This document shows, in pieces, positions 13,528-24,400 of a stretch of 64,000 bases of DNA. Below the pieces are notes generated by a model. It did not search any database. It was given only the letters and a program-made list of their open reading frames with translations, and had not been told where the DNA came from. Location: positions 13,839,062 to 13,903,061 of the forward strand of contig NC_134034.1 in the NCBI RefSeq assembly GCF_964204645.1, written 5' to 3'. The DNA is from Tubulanus polymorphus (taxonomy: Eukaryota > Animalia > Nemertea). The translations under genes and the position numbers were made by a program. Within the stretch, counting starts at the first letter, position 1; the number at the start of each line of letters is the position of its first letter.

Positions 13528-16500
13528 ATGTTAAAAAGTAATTGCAAATCGAATCAACAAAAACCAGGAAATTATGATAGGAGCCAATCATCAACTGAAA
13601 TTACGAGAAAGAATCACGAAAGATCCAAATTACATAAGGATCAACAAAATAGATCAGCGAAAAAGAAATCATTAGTACCAAAACAATCACTCGATAATAA
13701 TCGCAATAATCAACTGTCAATGAATGTTGCATCTAGCAGACCGACACATAACCCTGCAGATGACAGTATATTATATGAAAATGAAGATAATCAAAAAGAA
13801 TCACCAAAGAATGAAGGATACAATAAAAACTCAAACAACTGTTATTACAGAAACCAAGAGAAAAATATTAAAGTTCTATATACTAATGCTGATAGCATGA
13901 TGAATAAAAAACCTGAGTTGAGTGCCCTAAAGATCGAACACGATCCAGACATTATATGCATCACTGAAGCTAAACCGAAATATAGTACCTTAGCATATAA
14001 CCCCAGTGATGTTATGTTCAATGGTTGTGAAGAATATGAAACATTTACCAATATAGAGGAAGATGGAAGAGGAATCGCCGTTTTCATCCGATCTACTATG
14101 AAACCATGTAAACCGCCCGTGCGAGTTCTAGAGAGACTGAAGGCATCAATGACTAATGAAATAATTTGGGTAGAAATTCATCATACTTCTAACAAACGGC
14201 CTTTGCTCCTGGGATGCGCCTATCGAAGCCCAAACAGCAGTCTGGTGAATAACAACCATTTCAGAGATATGATTATATCTTTAGGAACCTTAAAGGAATA
14301 TCAAACTGTACTATGTGGTGATTTCAATTTACCAGAAGTTAATTGGGAAACAAACCACTGTAGACAAGCAGACACTCATGTCTCCACAAAGCTATGGGAA
14401 GCAAGTAATGATGCATTTCTCGAACAACACGTCAAACACCCAACCAGATTTAGAGAAAACCAGGAACCCAGTTTGCTAGATCTACTATTCACTAATGACC
14501 AGGAAATAGTTCAGAAGGTTGATTACATGGCTGCACTAGGAAAAAGTGACCACATCTGTCTAATGTTTAACCTGAATATACTACTCGAAAGAAATACAGC
14601 AACTAAGACCGAAAGGCGGAACTACTATCGTGGTAACTACGACAATTTACGAAAAGAATTGAATAACAATCTCAAAACAGAATCCCTCCTTCAACTGGAT
14701 ATGGAGTCATGTTGGCAAAGTATTAAAGAAAATATCCTTAAAGCAGAAAGAACACATGTTCCTCTTTATCAAGCACCACGATGGAAAAGGCACTCCCCAC
14801 TATGGATGAATAGAAAAGCAATGTCAAAAGTTAGAAAGAAACACGAAGCCTGGAAGCGGTATCTCAGGACAAAAGATGGAGAAGATTACAGGAAATTTCA
14901 AGTAGCTAGGAATCTAGCAAAAAAGGAAACAAGAAATGCAATCAAGAACTATGAAAAGAAACTATCCCAAGAGGTAAAAACAAATCCGAAAGCGTTTTGG
15001 AGATATTGCCGCAGTAAGACATCACCAAAAGGAAGTATACCAGACTTACAAAAGAATGGCACATCCATTTCTGAGGACATTACCAAGGCCAACACCTTCA
15101 ATGAATACTTTGCAAGTGTATTTACAGAAGAGGATACCTCACACATACCAGAACCCAATGCACAAATAAATGAAATTCCTGAAATACATGACATTGAGAT
15201 CACTCCCGTACTGATTGCAAACAAGCTGAAAGGTCTGAATGAAAATAAAAGCATGGGACCTGACTTAATGCATCCGAAAATTTTGAAGGAAGCAGCAGAC
15301 GAGCTCGCAGAACCACTGAGCATTCTCTTCAGGAAAACCTTAGAAGAAGAAAAATTACCTACATCATGGAAAGAAGCTAATGTAACTCCTATCCACAAGA
15401 AGGGCCCAAAAAATATTGTGGAGAATTATAGACCAATTAGCCTGACTAGTATTGTATGTAAAGTCCTGGAATCCATTGTAAGAGATAACATCATGAGTCA
15501 CCTAATTACTAATGGAGTTTTAACAGATGCCCAACATGGATTTGTACAGGGTAGATCTACGCTCACACAATTACTGAAATCAATGGATGATTGGACACAA
15601 GCCCTAGAAATAAAAAAATCCATTGACGTAATTTTTTTGGACTTTCAAAAAGCGTTTGACACAGTGCCCCACAAACGACTTCTAAATAAAATTGAAAATT
15701 GTGGTATCACAGGTAAAGCCTTGAAATGGATTGAAGACTTCCTAAGTGAAAGGAACCAAGTGGTTAATATAAATGGTGCGACATCCACATCTAAACCAGT
15801 GATAAGTGGTGTACCGCAGGGCAGCGTGCTGGGTCCTTTATTGTTTGCCATTTACATCAACGACCTCCCTGATGAAATTCAAAGTTATATTCTCATGTAT
15901 GCTGACGATACAAAAATTTATAGAATCGTACACAGCATCCAAGATCAACACAGACTTCAGGAGGATCTGGACAAACTATCAGACTGGGCAAAGAAGTGGC
16001 AAATGACTTTTCACCCAGACAAATGCGTGGTGATGCACATAGGAAAAAATAGACAACATTTTCAGTATACTATGGATGCAGGAAACAGAAGACACGAATT
16101 GAAGGCGGTCCCAGAGGAGAAAGATTTGGGAATAATTGTTGATGATAATCTCACCTTTCAGGCACAGTACTCCACGACAATGAATAAATGTAACAAGATC
16201 CTAGGAATGATCAAAAGATCATTTGAACGTTTAGATGAAAGAACATTCAGTCTTGTCTACAAAGCATTAGTAAGACCAATTGTGGAGTATGCTATCCCCG
16301 CATACAACCCACACCTACTAAAAGATGTAGACAATTACGAAAAAATTCAGCGACGAGCAACCAAATTAGTACCACATCTGTACGATTTACCATACCACGA
16401 AAGACTAAAACAACTAAAGCTTCCATCGTTGAGCTATCGAAGAGCAAGAGGAGATATGATAACTGTCTACAATCTGGTTCATAACAACTACCGCGCTGGA

Positions 16501-16737
16501 GACTCCTTAGTGCCACGAGATCAACGAAGAGTGAATCTAAGAGGACACTCTCTGAAGATCCAAAAACAGAGAGCTAAGAAGGATATCAGGAAATACTCCT
16601 TCCGTCACAGAGTGGTGAACAACTGGAACTCGCTCACGGAAGATATAGTGAATGCTCCATCTACAAATGTTTTCAAATTACGTCTCGATAAACACTGGCA
16701 AGAAAAGCATTTCCTACTACGGGTCGAGCACTACTAA
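13528..16737 (+). CDS. LINE ORF2: AP endonuclease plus reverse transcriptase, uninterrupted 1069 aa
   Basis: YTNADS, ITE, GDFN, LDL, SDH (APE); NYRPISLTS, QHGF, DFQKAFD, GVPQGSVLGP, YADD (RT); CR1-type tail RRARGDMI..RGHS..RVVNNWNSL. Confidence 0.97.
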   Translation: MLKSNCKSNQQKPGNYDRSQSSTEITRKNHERSKLHKDQQNRSAKKKSLVPKQSLDNNRNNQLSMNVASSRPTHNPADDSILYENEDNQKESPKNEGYNKNSNNCYYRNQEKNIKVLYTNADSMMNKKPELSALKIEHDPDIICITEAKPKYSTLAYNPSDVMFNGCEEYETFTNIEEDGRGIAVFIRSTMKPCKPPVRVLERLKASMTNEIIWVEIHHTSNKRPLLLGCAYRSPNSSLVNNNHFRDMIISLGTLKEYQTVLCGDFNLPEVNWETNHCRQADTHVSTKLWEASNDAFLEQHVKHPTRFRENQEPSLLDLLFTNDQEIVQKVDYMAALGKSDHICLMFNLNILLERNTATKTERRNYYRGNYDNLRKELNNNLKTESLLQLDMESCWQSIKENILKAERTHVPLYQAPRWKRHSPLWMNRKAMSKVRKKHEAWKRYLRTKDGEDYRKFQVARNLAKKETRNAIKNYEKKLSQEVKTNPKAFWRYCRSKTSPKGSIPDLQKNGTSISEDITKANTFNEYFASVFTEEDTSHIPEPNAQINEIPEIHDIEITPVLIANKLKGLNENKSMGPDLMHPKILKEAADELAEPLSILFRKTLEEEKLPTSWKEANVTPIHKKGPKNIVENYRPISLTSIVCKVLESIVRDNIMSHLITNGVLTDAQHGFVQGRSTLTQLLKSMDDWTQALEIKKSIDVIFLDFQKAFDTVPHKRLLNKIENCGITGKALKWIEDFLSERNQVVNINGATSTSKPVISGVPQGSVLGPLLFAIYINDLPDEIQSYILMYADDTKIYRIVHSIQDQHRLQEDLDKLSDWAKKWQMTFHPDKCVVMHIGKNRQHFQYTMDAGNRRHELKAVPEEKDLGIIVDDNLTFQAQYSTTMNKCNKILGMIKRSFERLDERTFSLVYKALVRPIVEYAIPAYNPHLLKDVDNYEKIQRRATKLVPHLYDLPYHERLKQLKLPSLSYRRARGDMITVYNLVHNNYRAGDSLVPRDQRRVNLRGHSLKIQKQRAKKDIRKYSFRHRVVNNWNSLTEDIVNAPSTNVFKLRLDKHWQEKHFLLRVEHY

Positions 16738-17578
16738 CTTGGACCTGAATGTTATCGGAATTCACGGATGTTGTTATGTTTTCCGCTATTACCAAAGTGC
16801 TGGCAATACCTGGCAACTTAAGCGAAACACCGAGGCAGTCAAATTTATAGGCCAATAGGCCTTCTTCAATGACTGCGAAAACGATACGATACGATACGAT
16901 AGTCTAGTAGTCTATGGATGGGTTTAGTTTGGAACGATGGGGCCTCGGACTGCCCACAGGTTGACTCAAGGGATCAATCGTTTGTCAATCAATCATGGAT
17001 TATGAGTTCAAATTACTTGACCTTGGTCGAAACCCGCTTTTTGTGAAACTGTGCCCTGGAAAAACTTAGTTTGTCCCTGCAGCGAAGCCACAACGGCCAG
17101 ATCGACTCCCCTGATGTGGACACACCCGGGCGCCGTCACGTGACTCGAGTTCAGGACCGCATTCTTGTTATCTATTATTGGGGAAACTAATACTCGAGTC
17201 ACGTGATTACACAGAATCAAAGACATCATTTAGAATTATACAGAAAGAGAATTATGATGAATTTTAATTAGAGATCAAATCGATCGCTACAGGTTCAACA
17301 CTCGTAAGTCCAAGAAGTCAATATCTCAAGGAACCTATATCTATTATTCAAACCATACGAAACGGGAAATACCTACCTTAATTGAAAAAAAAGGTGCAGA
17401 ATTTTGTATAAGAAAGAACTCAAGTTCAAGTTTTCCCGGCGGCAAAAGAAAAGACACATTAACAATTCTGCCTTTATCAATAAGTGGTCAGGTCAGATCC
17501 AGCCTACCACTAGTGTATAGAGGGTACTCAGGTTTGCCCTTCTATTTCACAAGTTCGTCATTTTGACTCTTGTACTAA

Positions 17579-17798
17579 GGCTAACAAAAATTGATACCTT
17601 GTTTCTCCGCTCTGCTGAGCTTAAATGTTGACCCGGCCGGCCGCCTATCTACCCTATACATTACTTTTTTAAAAATCGTGATCAATTTTACCATAACAGA
17701 CCCGGCCGCTATAGAAATGAACTGTTTATAAATTTTATCATATTTTACAAAAATGACCCGGCCGCTGCGGAGAAACAAGGTATCATTTTTGTTTAGCC
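17579..17798. mobile_element. PIF/Harbinger (Tourist-like) MITE
   Basis: About 32-bp TIRs (GGCTAACAAAAATTGATACCTTGTTTCTCCGC / GCGGAGAAACAAGGTATCATTTTTGTTTAGCC) with TAA on both sides. Confidence 0.8.
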
Positions 17799-18209
17799 TA
17801 ACATGAATGTTTTATTCCGAGCAAGTACAATGTATAATGGAAAAAGTATAAGAAAATGGTCAATTCGAATCAAAACAAAATAGTTAACTTCTAGGAGGAT
17901 AGATTTTATGCCCCAAACGTGCTTAAAGATTGCATCTCACAGTCTTGAAAATTAGAAGTATTCTCGGGAGTGCCCCCAGCAGATCCCCCGATTTGTGCTA
18001 TGATATAGTTGCCCTTCCAGTTGACAGCAGGACTCAGAAACCGCTCTGAGTTGGTGAAACATCTGGATCCGCGCCTAGACCAAAGATAATAAGAAAAATT
18101 ATTCAAATATGAGCTCTCAGAGCCACCAGAACGCATCTCAGACGTTTTAATATTCACAATATTCTTGGGGGGGGGGGGGAAGGCAAACCCACTATGCCAA
18201 CTATCCACT

Positions 18210-18362
18210 GGTTAACTCTTACCAACTTTTGAGCAACTGGCCCCTGGGGTCGCATTTGTTCAAATGTTGGTCAAAGATAACCAACGGATGAATACCATTT
18301 AACCTTTAATTGTCACTATGTCAACTATAACTCTAACCAACTTTTGAGCAACTGGCCCCTGG
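18210..18362. mobile_element. Two adjacent MITE ends/fragments (ACCAACTTTTGAGCAACTGGCCCCTGG), probably Harbinger-like
   Basis: Same terminus twice; related to the GGGGCCAGTTGC end at about 63125. Confidence 0.5.
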
Positions 18363-19110
18363 GCAGTGTTCGGAAAGTAACGCTACATGATCATTCACCG
18401 TCCTGTTATACGGCTATACGGACTTATCTCCTGCGGTTAAGGAGTTACGATCGAATGAACGTTCATTTGCACCTCCACCCGCGGGTAGGCTGGGGTAGTA
18501 CTGGGCCAGTGTTCGGAAAGTAATGCTATATCCGCCGTCCTGTTTTTGCTTCATACTTCACACTTACACTGATCTCATTGTGCCTGCATCAGTTCCTTCG
18601 TGATATGCGTACTATGCGAAATTGGTATCAGATTTACAATTCTGATATTCCCAAACGAACGTCCCTTTCAAAAACACCTGAATCGCACGAAGTTTGTAGT
18701 TTGTAATTTAAGATCTGTAAAAACAGAAAATAACTAAACACGAGAGAACGAGCGCGTGGTGAGCGTGCGACATGCGTCAGCTTTTTAGGTTTCATGAAAA
18801 AAAAATCGATGAAATTTCGACAAGTCGCGTTTGATAATAATACCTTACCTTATACACTGCGCGAGATACTGTCTTCTGTGTATCTTAATGAAATTGGATC
18901 TGATCATTTGTCGTGAACGTCACGAAGAAAACTTTCCGCAAGACTTCCAATCCCTGGAGCTGACAGTTCTGCCCGTAATATTTAACATTGCAGACGTAGG
19001 TTTCAAGTGGATCCTTTTCTCATCGAAGCCGTGAACGAACAAACAACTTTCTGACCGTCGTCGGAGCCGTAGCTAGTATTACTCGGTTGTCAAACACGAA
19101 ACGATACGAG

Positions 19111-20163
19111 ATGTTGGATTATAATTTCACAACCGCTGTCATTAACACGACCACTGGCGATGGTCGGGTCGTGCTGATGCCACCCGATAATGTAAAACTC
19201 TTCATGAATTTCTACCGAGCCTGTTTGTTCCCGTTTTTCGTTTTCATGGGTATCGGAGGCAACATTTTATCGTTGATCATTTTTCCACGAATGAAAAGAC
19301 GCGATAAATCGACGTCGCAGTATTTGACGTTTTTGGCGGCCAGCGATCTGGTGAATCTAATCACAAACGGTCTGACCGATAGTTGGATGAATAACGCCTT
19401 GTACGAATACACGGACGGCAAAGTGCACTTCGACTTTTTGGCCACTCACATGGCCGTGTGTAAAATATTTCGGTATCTTTGGTACATTTCGTCTGCGACA
19501 TCGACGTGGACTTTGATGTTGTACAACGTAGAGAAATGCGTCGCGATTCATTTTCCGCTGAAACGCGAACGATTGATCACATCTCGCAGTCGGATAATTG
19601 CCATTTGTTCCATCGTAATCATAGCAATGATCGGTCGATCGCCGTTTGTATTCGGGTATGATCTGAATGAAGAAGGCACTAGTTGTGATTTGATTTTCGA
19701 TCGTCTGCCCGGAGCCGGCACGATTATAGTGATCGTAGTGGAATTGATCACCACGTTCGCGATACCGTGTTTTATTGTGATCGTATCGAACGTGGTGATC
19801 GCCTCGACTTTGATCAAAACTCGTCGAGCTACCGGAAGTGAGGCCATACAAAAACATGGCGGACATTCAGACGATAAATCTTATCGATTTCTCGTCAATT
19901 TGATTTCGGTATCGGTTTTGTTTTTGGTTACGGTGACACCTGCTTGTGTTTTGTGGACTATGTTCTGGATTCGGATTCTCATACACACCCTATACGGAAG
20001 TGGACCGAATTTCGACGTTCTTTATTACGCACTGTTTGCGACGAATATTCAAGATTTGAATTTCTGTTTGAATTTCGTCGTTTATATCGCGTGTTTAGAT
20101 TTCTATCAGCAAGAAGCTCGTAAACTCGTCTGCAGGCCCTGCATCGCTGCAAAACAACACTAA
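19111..20163 (+). CDS. Single-exon class A GPCR, peptide-receptor-like (FMRFamide/sex-peptide-receptor-like expansion type); ligand unknown
   Basis: Seven hydrophobic segments; GN in TM1, LAASD in TM2, CK..Y at TM3, EKC at the DRY position, P in TM5/TM6, NFCLNFVVY in TM7; first ATG at 19111. Confidence 0.88.
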   Translation: MLDYNFTTAVINTTTGDGRVVLMPPDNVKLFMNFYRACLFPFFVFMGIGGNILSLIIFPRMKRRDKSTSQYLTFLAASDLVNLITNGLTDSWMNNALYEYTDGKVHFDFLATHMAVCKIFRYLWYISSATSTWTLMLYNVEKCVAIHFPLKRERLITSRSRIIAICSIVIIAMIGRSPFVFGYDLNEEGTSCDLIFDRLPGAGTIIVIVVELITTFAIPCFIVIVSNVVIASTLIKTRRATGSEAIQKHGGHSDDKSYRFLVNLISVSVLFLVTVTPACVLWTMFWIRILIHTLYGSGPNFDVLYYALFATNIQDLNFCLNFVVYIACLDFYQQEARKLVCRPCIAAKQH

Positions 20164-21422
20164 AATCCGCATTCCTTTCAATAAACCCCCCCCCCCCTCC
20201 CCGCCACCATACACAAGCAATCAAATTATAAACAAAAACAATAAATAGAATCAGTTATTTCCAAATAATCACAATAAGTAAAACTATCAATCGTTTGGTC
20301 TTCCATGACGCGTGAAATGTATCTCTAACAACTAATATGGTTGACGTTTGAAAATATCCTTCATTCTCCTCCACCATCTATATAAACTTACGTATGTGAC
20401 ACTTTAGTCACCAGATTAGAGTCCGGATAACTCCCAATTTAAGATCAACTGAACATTTTGGTTTGAACAATTTTTCTGACTGGCTAGAAGCTGGATAACA
20501 TTTTTTTACGATGGCCCAGTTTTTCTTTTCTCGCGCGAGAAAACCAAACTTTTTGAATTCTCGCGCGATAAGATATTTAATCACTAATTTCCGTTTTTCT
20601 TGTGATTTAAAAGAAGTTACATTAGAAATTTGGAAATAAGTCGATTATGGGGCAAAAACAATTGTTAGAATTTCACAGTTTTCAGAATTTTCCATAATCA
20701 AAGCGTAATTTGCAATTTAATTCTCTATCCTTGGAGCACGGAAGGGTCAAGGTCGACGGTATTTAGTAATTTTGACCTTAAGACTGGGGTCAATTCCCAC
20801 CGGTCACTTGTTTTCACTTCACGCGCTGATGCTTATTGAGGACCGTTTAAAACCTTGTTGAAATTATTACACTCTGATTCAATAGAACGCGTCGAGGATC
20901 GTGTGTACGCGGCGCGTGTATGTACGGCAAGGGCGGAATAGTCCCGTGTCTGACGCGTTCCGTCAACTACAGTCGCCGCTATTCTCTCTTACTCCCTCCA
21001 CATCTCGATCGGCCACCGGATCACCAGAACTGGGCTAACAACCGAAAATGGTTATTACTTTTGTGTAGGAAATTTTAATCGCCGTGAAAAATGATTACAT
21101 TGAAAAATGAAGATATAATTTGGAATAGCCTATATCATCTTCGCTATACGTGGCACGATTTTACGCAGATGCGCTGAGAAATACCGAGTTACGCGATATG
21201 TAACTTTAATTTTTTGTGTATTTCTTCACCAATGAACTTTCCTCGGAGTACAGGGATTGATTACAGGATATTTATCAAACCCTCATCTACGTAGGATTCA
21301 AGTTGCTTAGATACGAAATATAGGACGTAGAAAATAGACTTTTTTTCGCTATAATCGGTTTGGCGAATAAATCCTTCTGCCGTATGTTACGAGGATTCGA
21401 AGTCTGTCTCAGAATCGAAAAC

Positions 21423-24400
21423 ATGACAATTTCACCGGTGATTTTCTTGGTTTGTGGTTTAATCTTGTTCTATGATACAAAATCTGCTACAGGTATCTAT
21501 CATTTATTTCTTTGTATCTAGTGTAAGAACCGAGATACCGCCTACACACTTAGACAAGTTAAATTTGACTGAATCCAGTTCCACAGTTTTGTGGGTTTAA
21601 TTTGACTCTGGGTCCACTTCCGCAGTTGTGTGGGTTTTAGTTTGACTCCGAACCCAGTTCCACAGTTGTGTGGGTTTAATTTGACTCTGAATCCAGTTCC
21701 ACAGTTGTGTAGGTTTAGTTTGACTCTGAATCCAGGTCCACAGTTTTGTGGGTTTAATTTGACTCTGAATCCAGGTCAACAGTTGTGTGGGTTTAGTTTG
21801 ACTCTGAATCCAGTTCCACAGTTGTGTAGGTTTAATTTGACTATAGATCCAGTTCCACAGTTTTGTGGGTTCCTCTGCACCCACAGTTCCACAGTTTTGT
21901 GAGTTCCTCTACACCCACAGTTTCACAGTTTTATTAGTTTAATTTGTCACTAGATCCAGTTTCCCAGTTGCTTTATTGGACCGCAATCTTATAATCTTAT
22001 ATATTCAGGAGTGATGGTTCAGTCTGGAATTCTACGCAATATTCCGAAATCGACTCTGCAGACCGGTAGAACCGCCGTCTTAAACTGTCCATTAACCAAT
22101 CCACAACACTACCACGTTAGTACTTTTTGCTCGTAAATATCACTAGACAATCTACCGAATTAGTGCATAATTCTAGTCACTGTCTTATCTACAGTGTTTC
22201 ACTCTCATCCATCTTTTGAATGAGGCCGGTCGAAGATTGTTTTATTGGTCTACAGCCATCATCAGTTCCTGGATAACTCATAACATTACATGTGAAAATT
22301 TAAATATTAGATCGTCGACAAGTATTTTATGTACAAATTGTTATATCGAATAAACAGGGAAGATTTATCAAAAGCAAAGCTTGCGGCAAATATCATCCTA
22401 CAAAACGAATGTAAACTAATTAGGCCTTTCAAACAACTTAAAACCGAGCCTTAAGATTTAATGCTAATCTTGGACTTAAGTCACCACTGCGCAAGTGGAC
22501 TTAACCCGTTTTTTGGTCAGCGCAGTAAAAGTAACGAATCATTGAGTGTTTTTGTGTGAATCAATTCATAAATGGAAAATATTTCTCTCTGAGAAAGTAA
22601 GCCTCTGAAAATCATGAACTCTGTAAAATACCGTGTCAAAAATGTGTGAAAAGAAAGACACATTTTTAACTTCACTTGAACCTTCATTTGAGTTTTCCCG
22701 GATGAGCCTCTTCATGCCATTAGACATCATAGATACCACATTTTCTAGGTGACATTTTAGAAGTAGTCTCTTGACATTAAACATACACACATGTTGTCAC
22801 CAAATAGCCGAAAATGTTTCGTTTCAAAAAATGAATGAGAAAGAACATTGTGCCAACCGTTGTGATATATTGGTCAAGTAAGACAGCTAGCCATGTGAAG
22901 GTGTCAGAGTAAAATGTTTCAGGGTAAATCTAGAATATTTCTGTTCCACGTCTTGCATCCACCGAGTGTGTGCGTAATTCAAGAGAGGTCGATCACATTC
23001 AATACATTTTTCAGTTTATGCCTCAATTAAATTTCTTGCTGGTTTTTGTTGATTCCGTTCAATGCTAGTATCTCAACTGCCACAGTTTTGTCACTCGTTC
23101 ATTGTAACTTTGCCGTTTCATATTTTTGTTTATGTAAATTACATGTATTACCGAAGTTGTTTTGGTTGCGACGAGAGAAAACTGGAAAATATACACCAAT
23201 CAGCGCTGATACGACTTTAACCATTATCAACCCAGACGTAGGTACGATAGATATCGGTCCAAACATCATTCAAAATACATTCATGTGTTTCTGATGAAAT
23301 GCAAGTTTTAATACAAACGCAATCTATCTCAAGTTCAAGTTCATCTTGTAAAATTAGGTGATCATCGGATTCTGAGATTAATTACCAATGTCATTGTTTC
23401 AAAGCTTGAAAAAGCTGAAATATGTGCCTACACAATTTCTACCCGATTTCCTTCTAACCTAAGATCGAACCGTATGGAAAAAATAAACATATTATATCAC
23501 ATGACAGAATGAAGTTTTTTTCATCCATTTTCAGGTAACGGTCAAGTGAAATACGAAGTTCGAATGAGAAACAACGGAGCAAATATCATCATATATACTT
23601 TAATCATCCGATCAGTTAAAGAGGAGGATGCCGGGAAATATAGGTGTCAAATCGGCATTCCTAATTTACTGGATCCACCGTTTGCCGACGCGGTATTAGT
23701 CGTACAAAGTAAGCTTACACTCTGCGGTAATCCTCGGGGGGGGGGGGGGGAGCGGTTGAAGACCCATCACTATCAACCACACGTTCCCAATCAGAACGCT
23801 CTCCTCGCCGCCCAGCGACTCTCGATCTCTAGAATCCAAGTTCCTGGAAACGATATGCCCCATTTGGTCGGACACTAAATGTTCCTGGAAGGATATTCCC
23901 GATTCGCTCGGCACTAGAAGTTCCTGGAACGATATGCCCAATTCGGTCGGGCACTAGAAGTTCCTGGAACGATATGCCCAATTCGCTCGGCACTAGAAGT
24001 TCCTGGAACGATATGCCCATTTCGGTTGGGCAATAAATGCCACGTATATCATGTTTCAGGAGCTCCGTGGGTTGTTGATGGAACTGGTACACCCATTTAC
24101 ACACGAGAGGGCGTTGACTACGAAATGGCTTGTTACGCCGAGGGTACGCCTAAACCATCGATCACGTGGTCAAAGCCGAACGGGAAACCGCTGAAAACTG
24201 GTCAATTTAAAGCATATGTAAGTTATATATAGACGCGTGTGAGCTGATAAATGGACAGATGAACACGTGACTCTTCTAGACAGATACGCGTCTCTGTTAC
24301 TTCACCAGAAACCTATAATGTGACTGTTCTAATCCGTCTTACAACGATAGGTGTGAGAGACTAGAAGCCTCAAAGGACTAATCCAGGGCTGTACCTGGTA

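Larger units (their letters stand above)
11570..16900 (+). mobile_element. Near full-length CR1-clade non-LTR retrotransposon (LINE)
   Basis: ORF1 with PHD-like finger, ORF2 APE-RT, short 3' UTR ending in (ACGAT)4 at about 16881-16900. 5' boundary approximate; no TSD found. Confidence 0.9.

Noticed and set aside
14949-15398. Antisense ORFs over ORF2, the GPCR, the zinc-finger exons and the Ig exons
   Set aside because: Shadow frames of real coding sequence with no independent motifs
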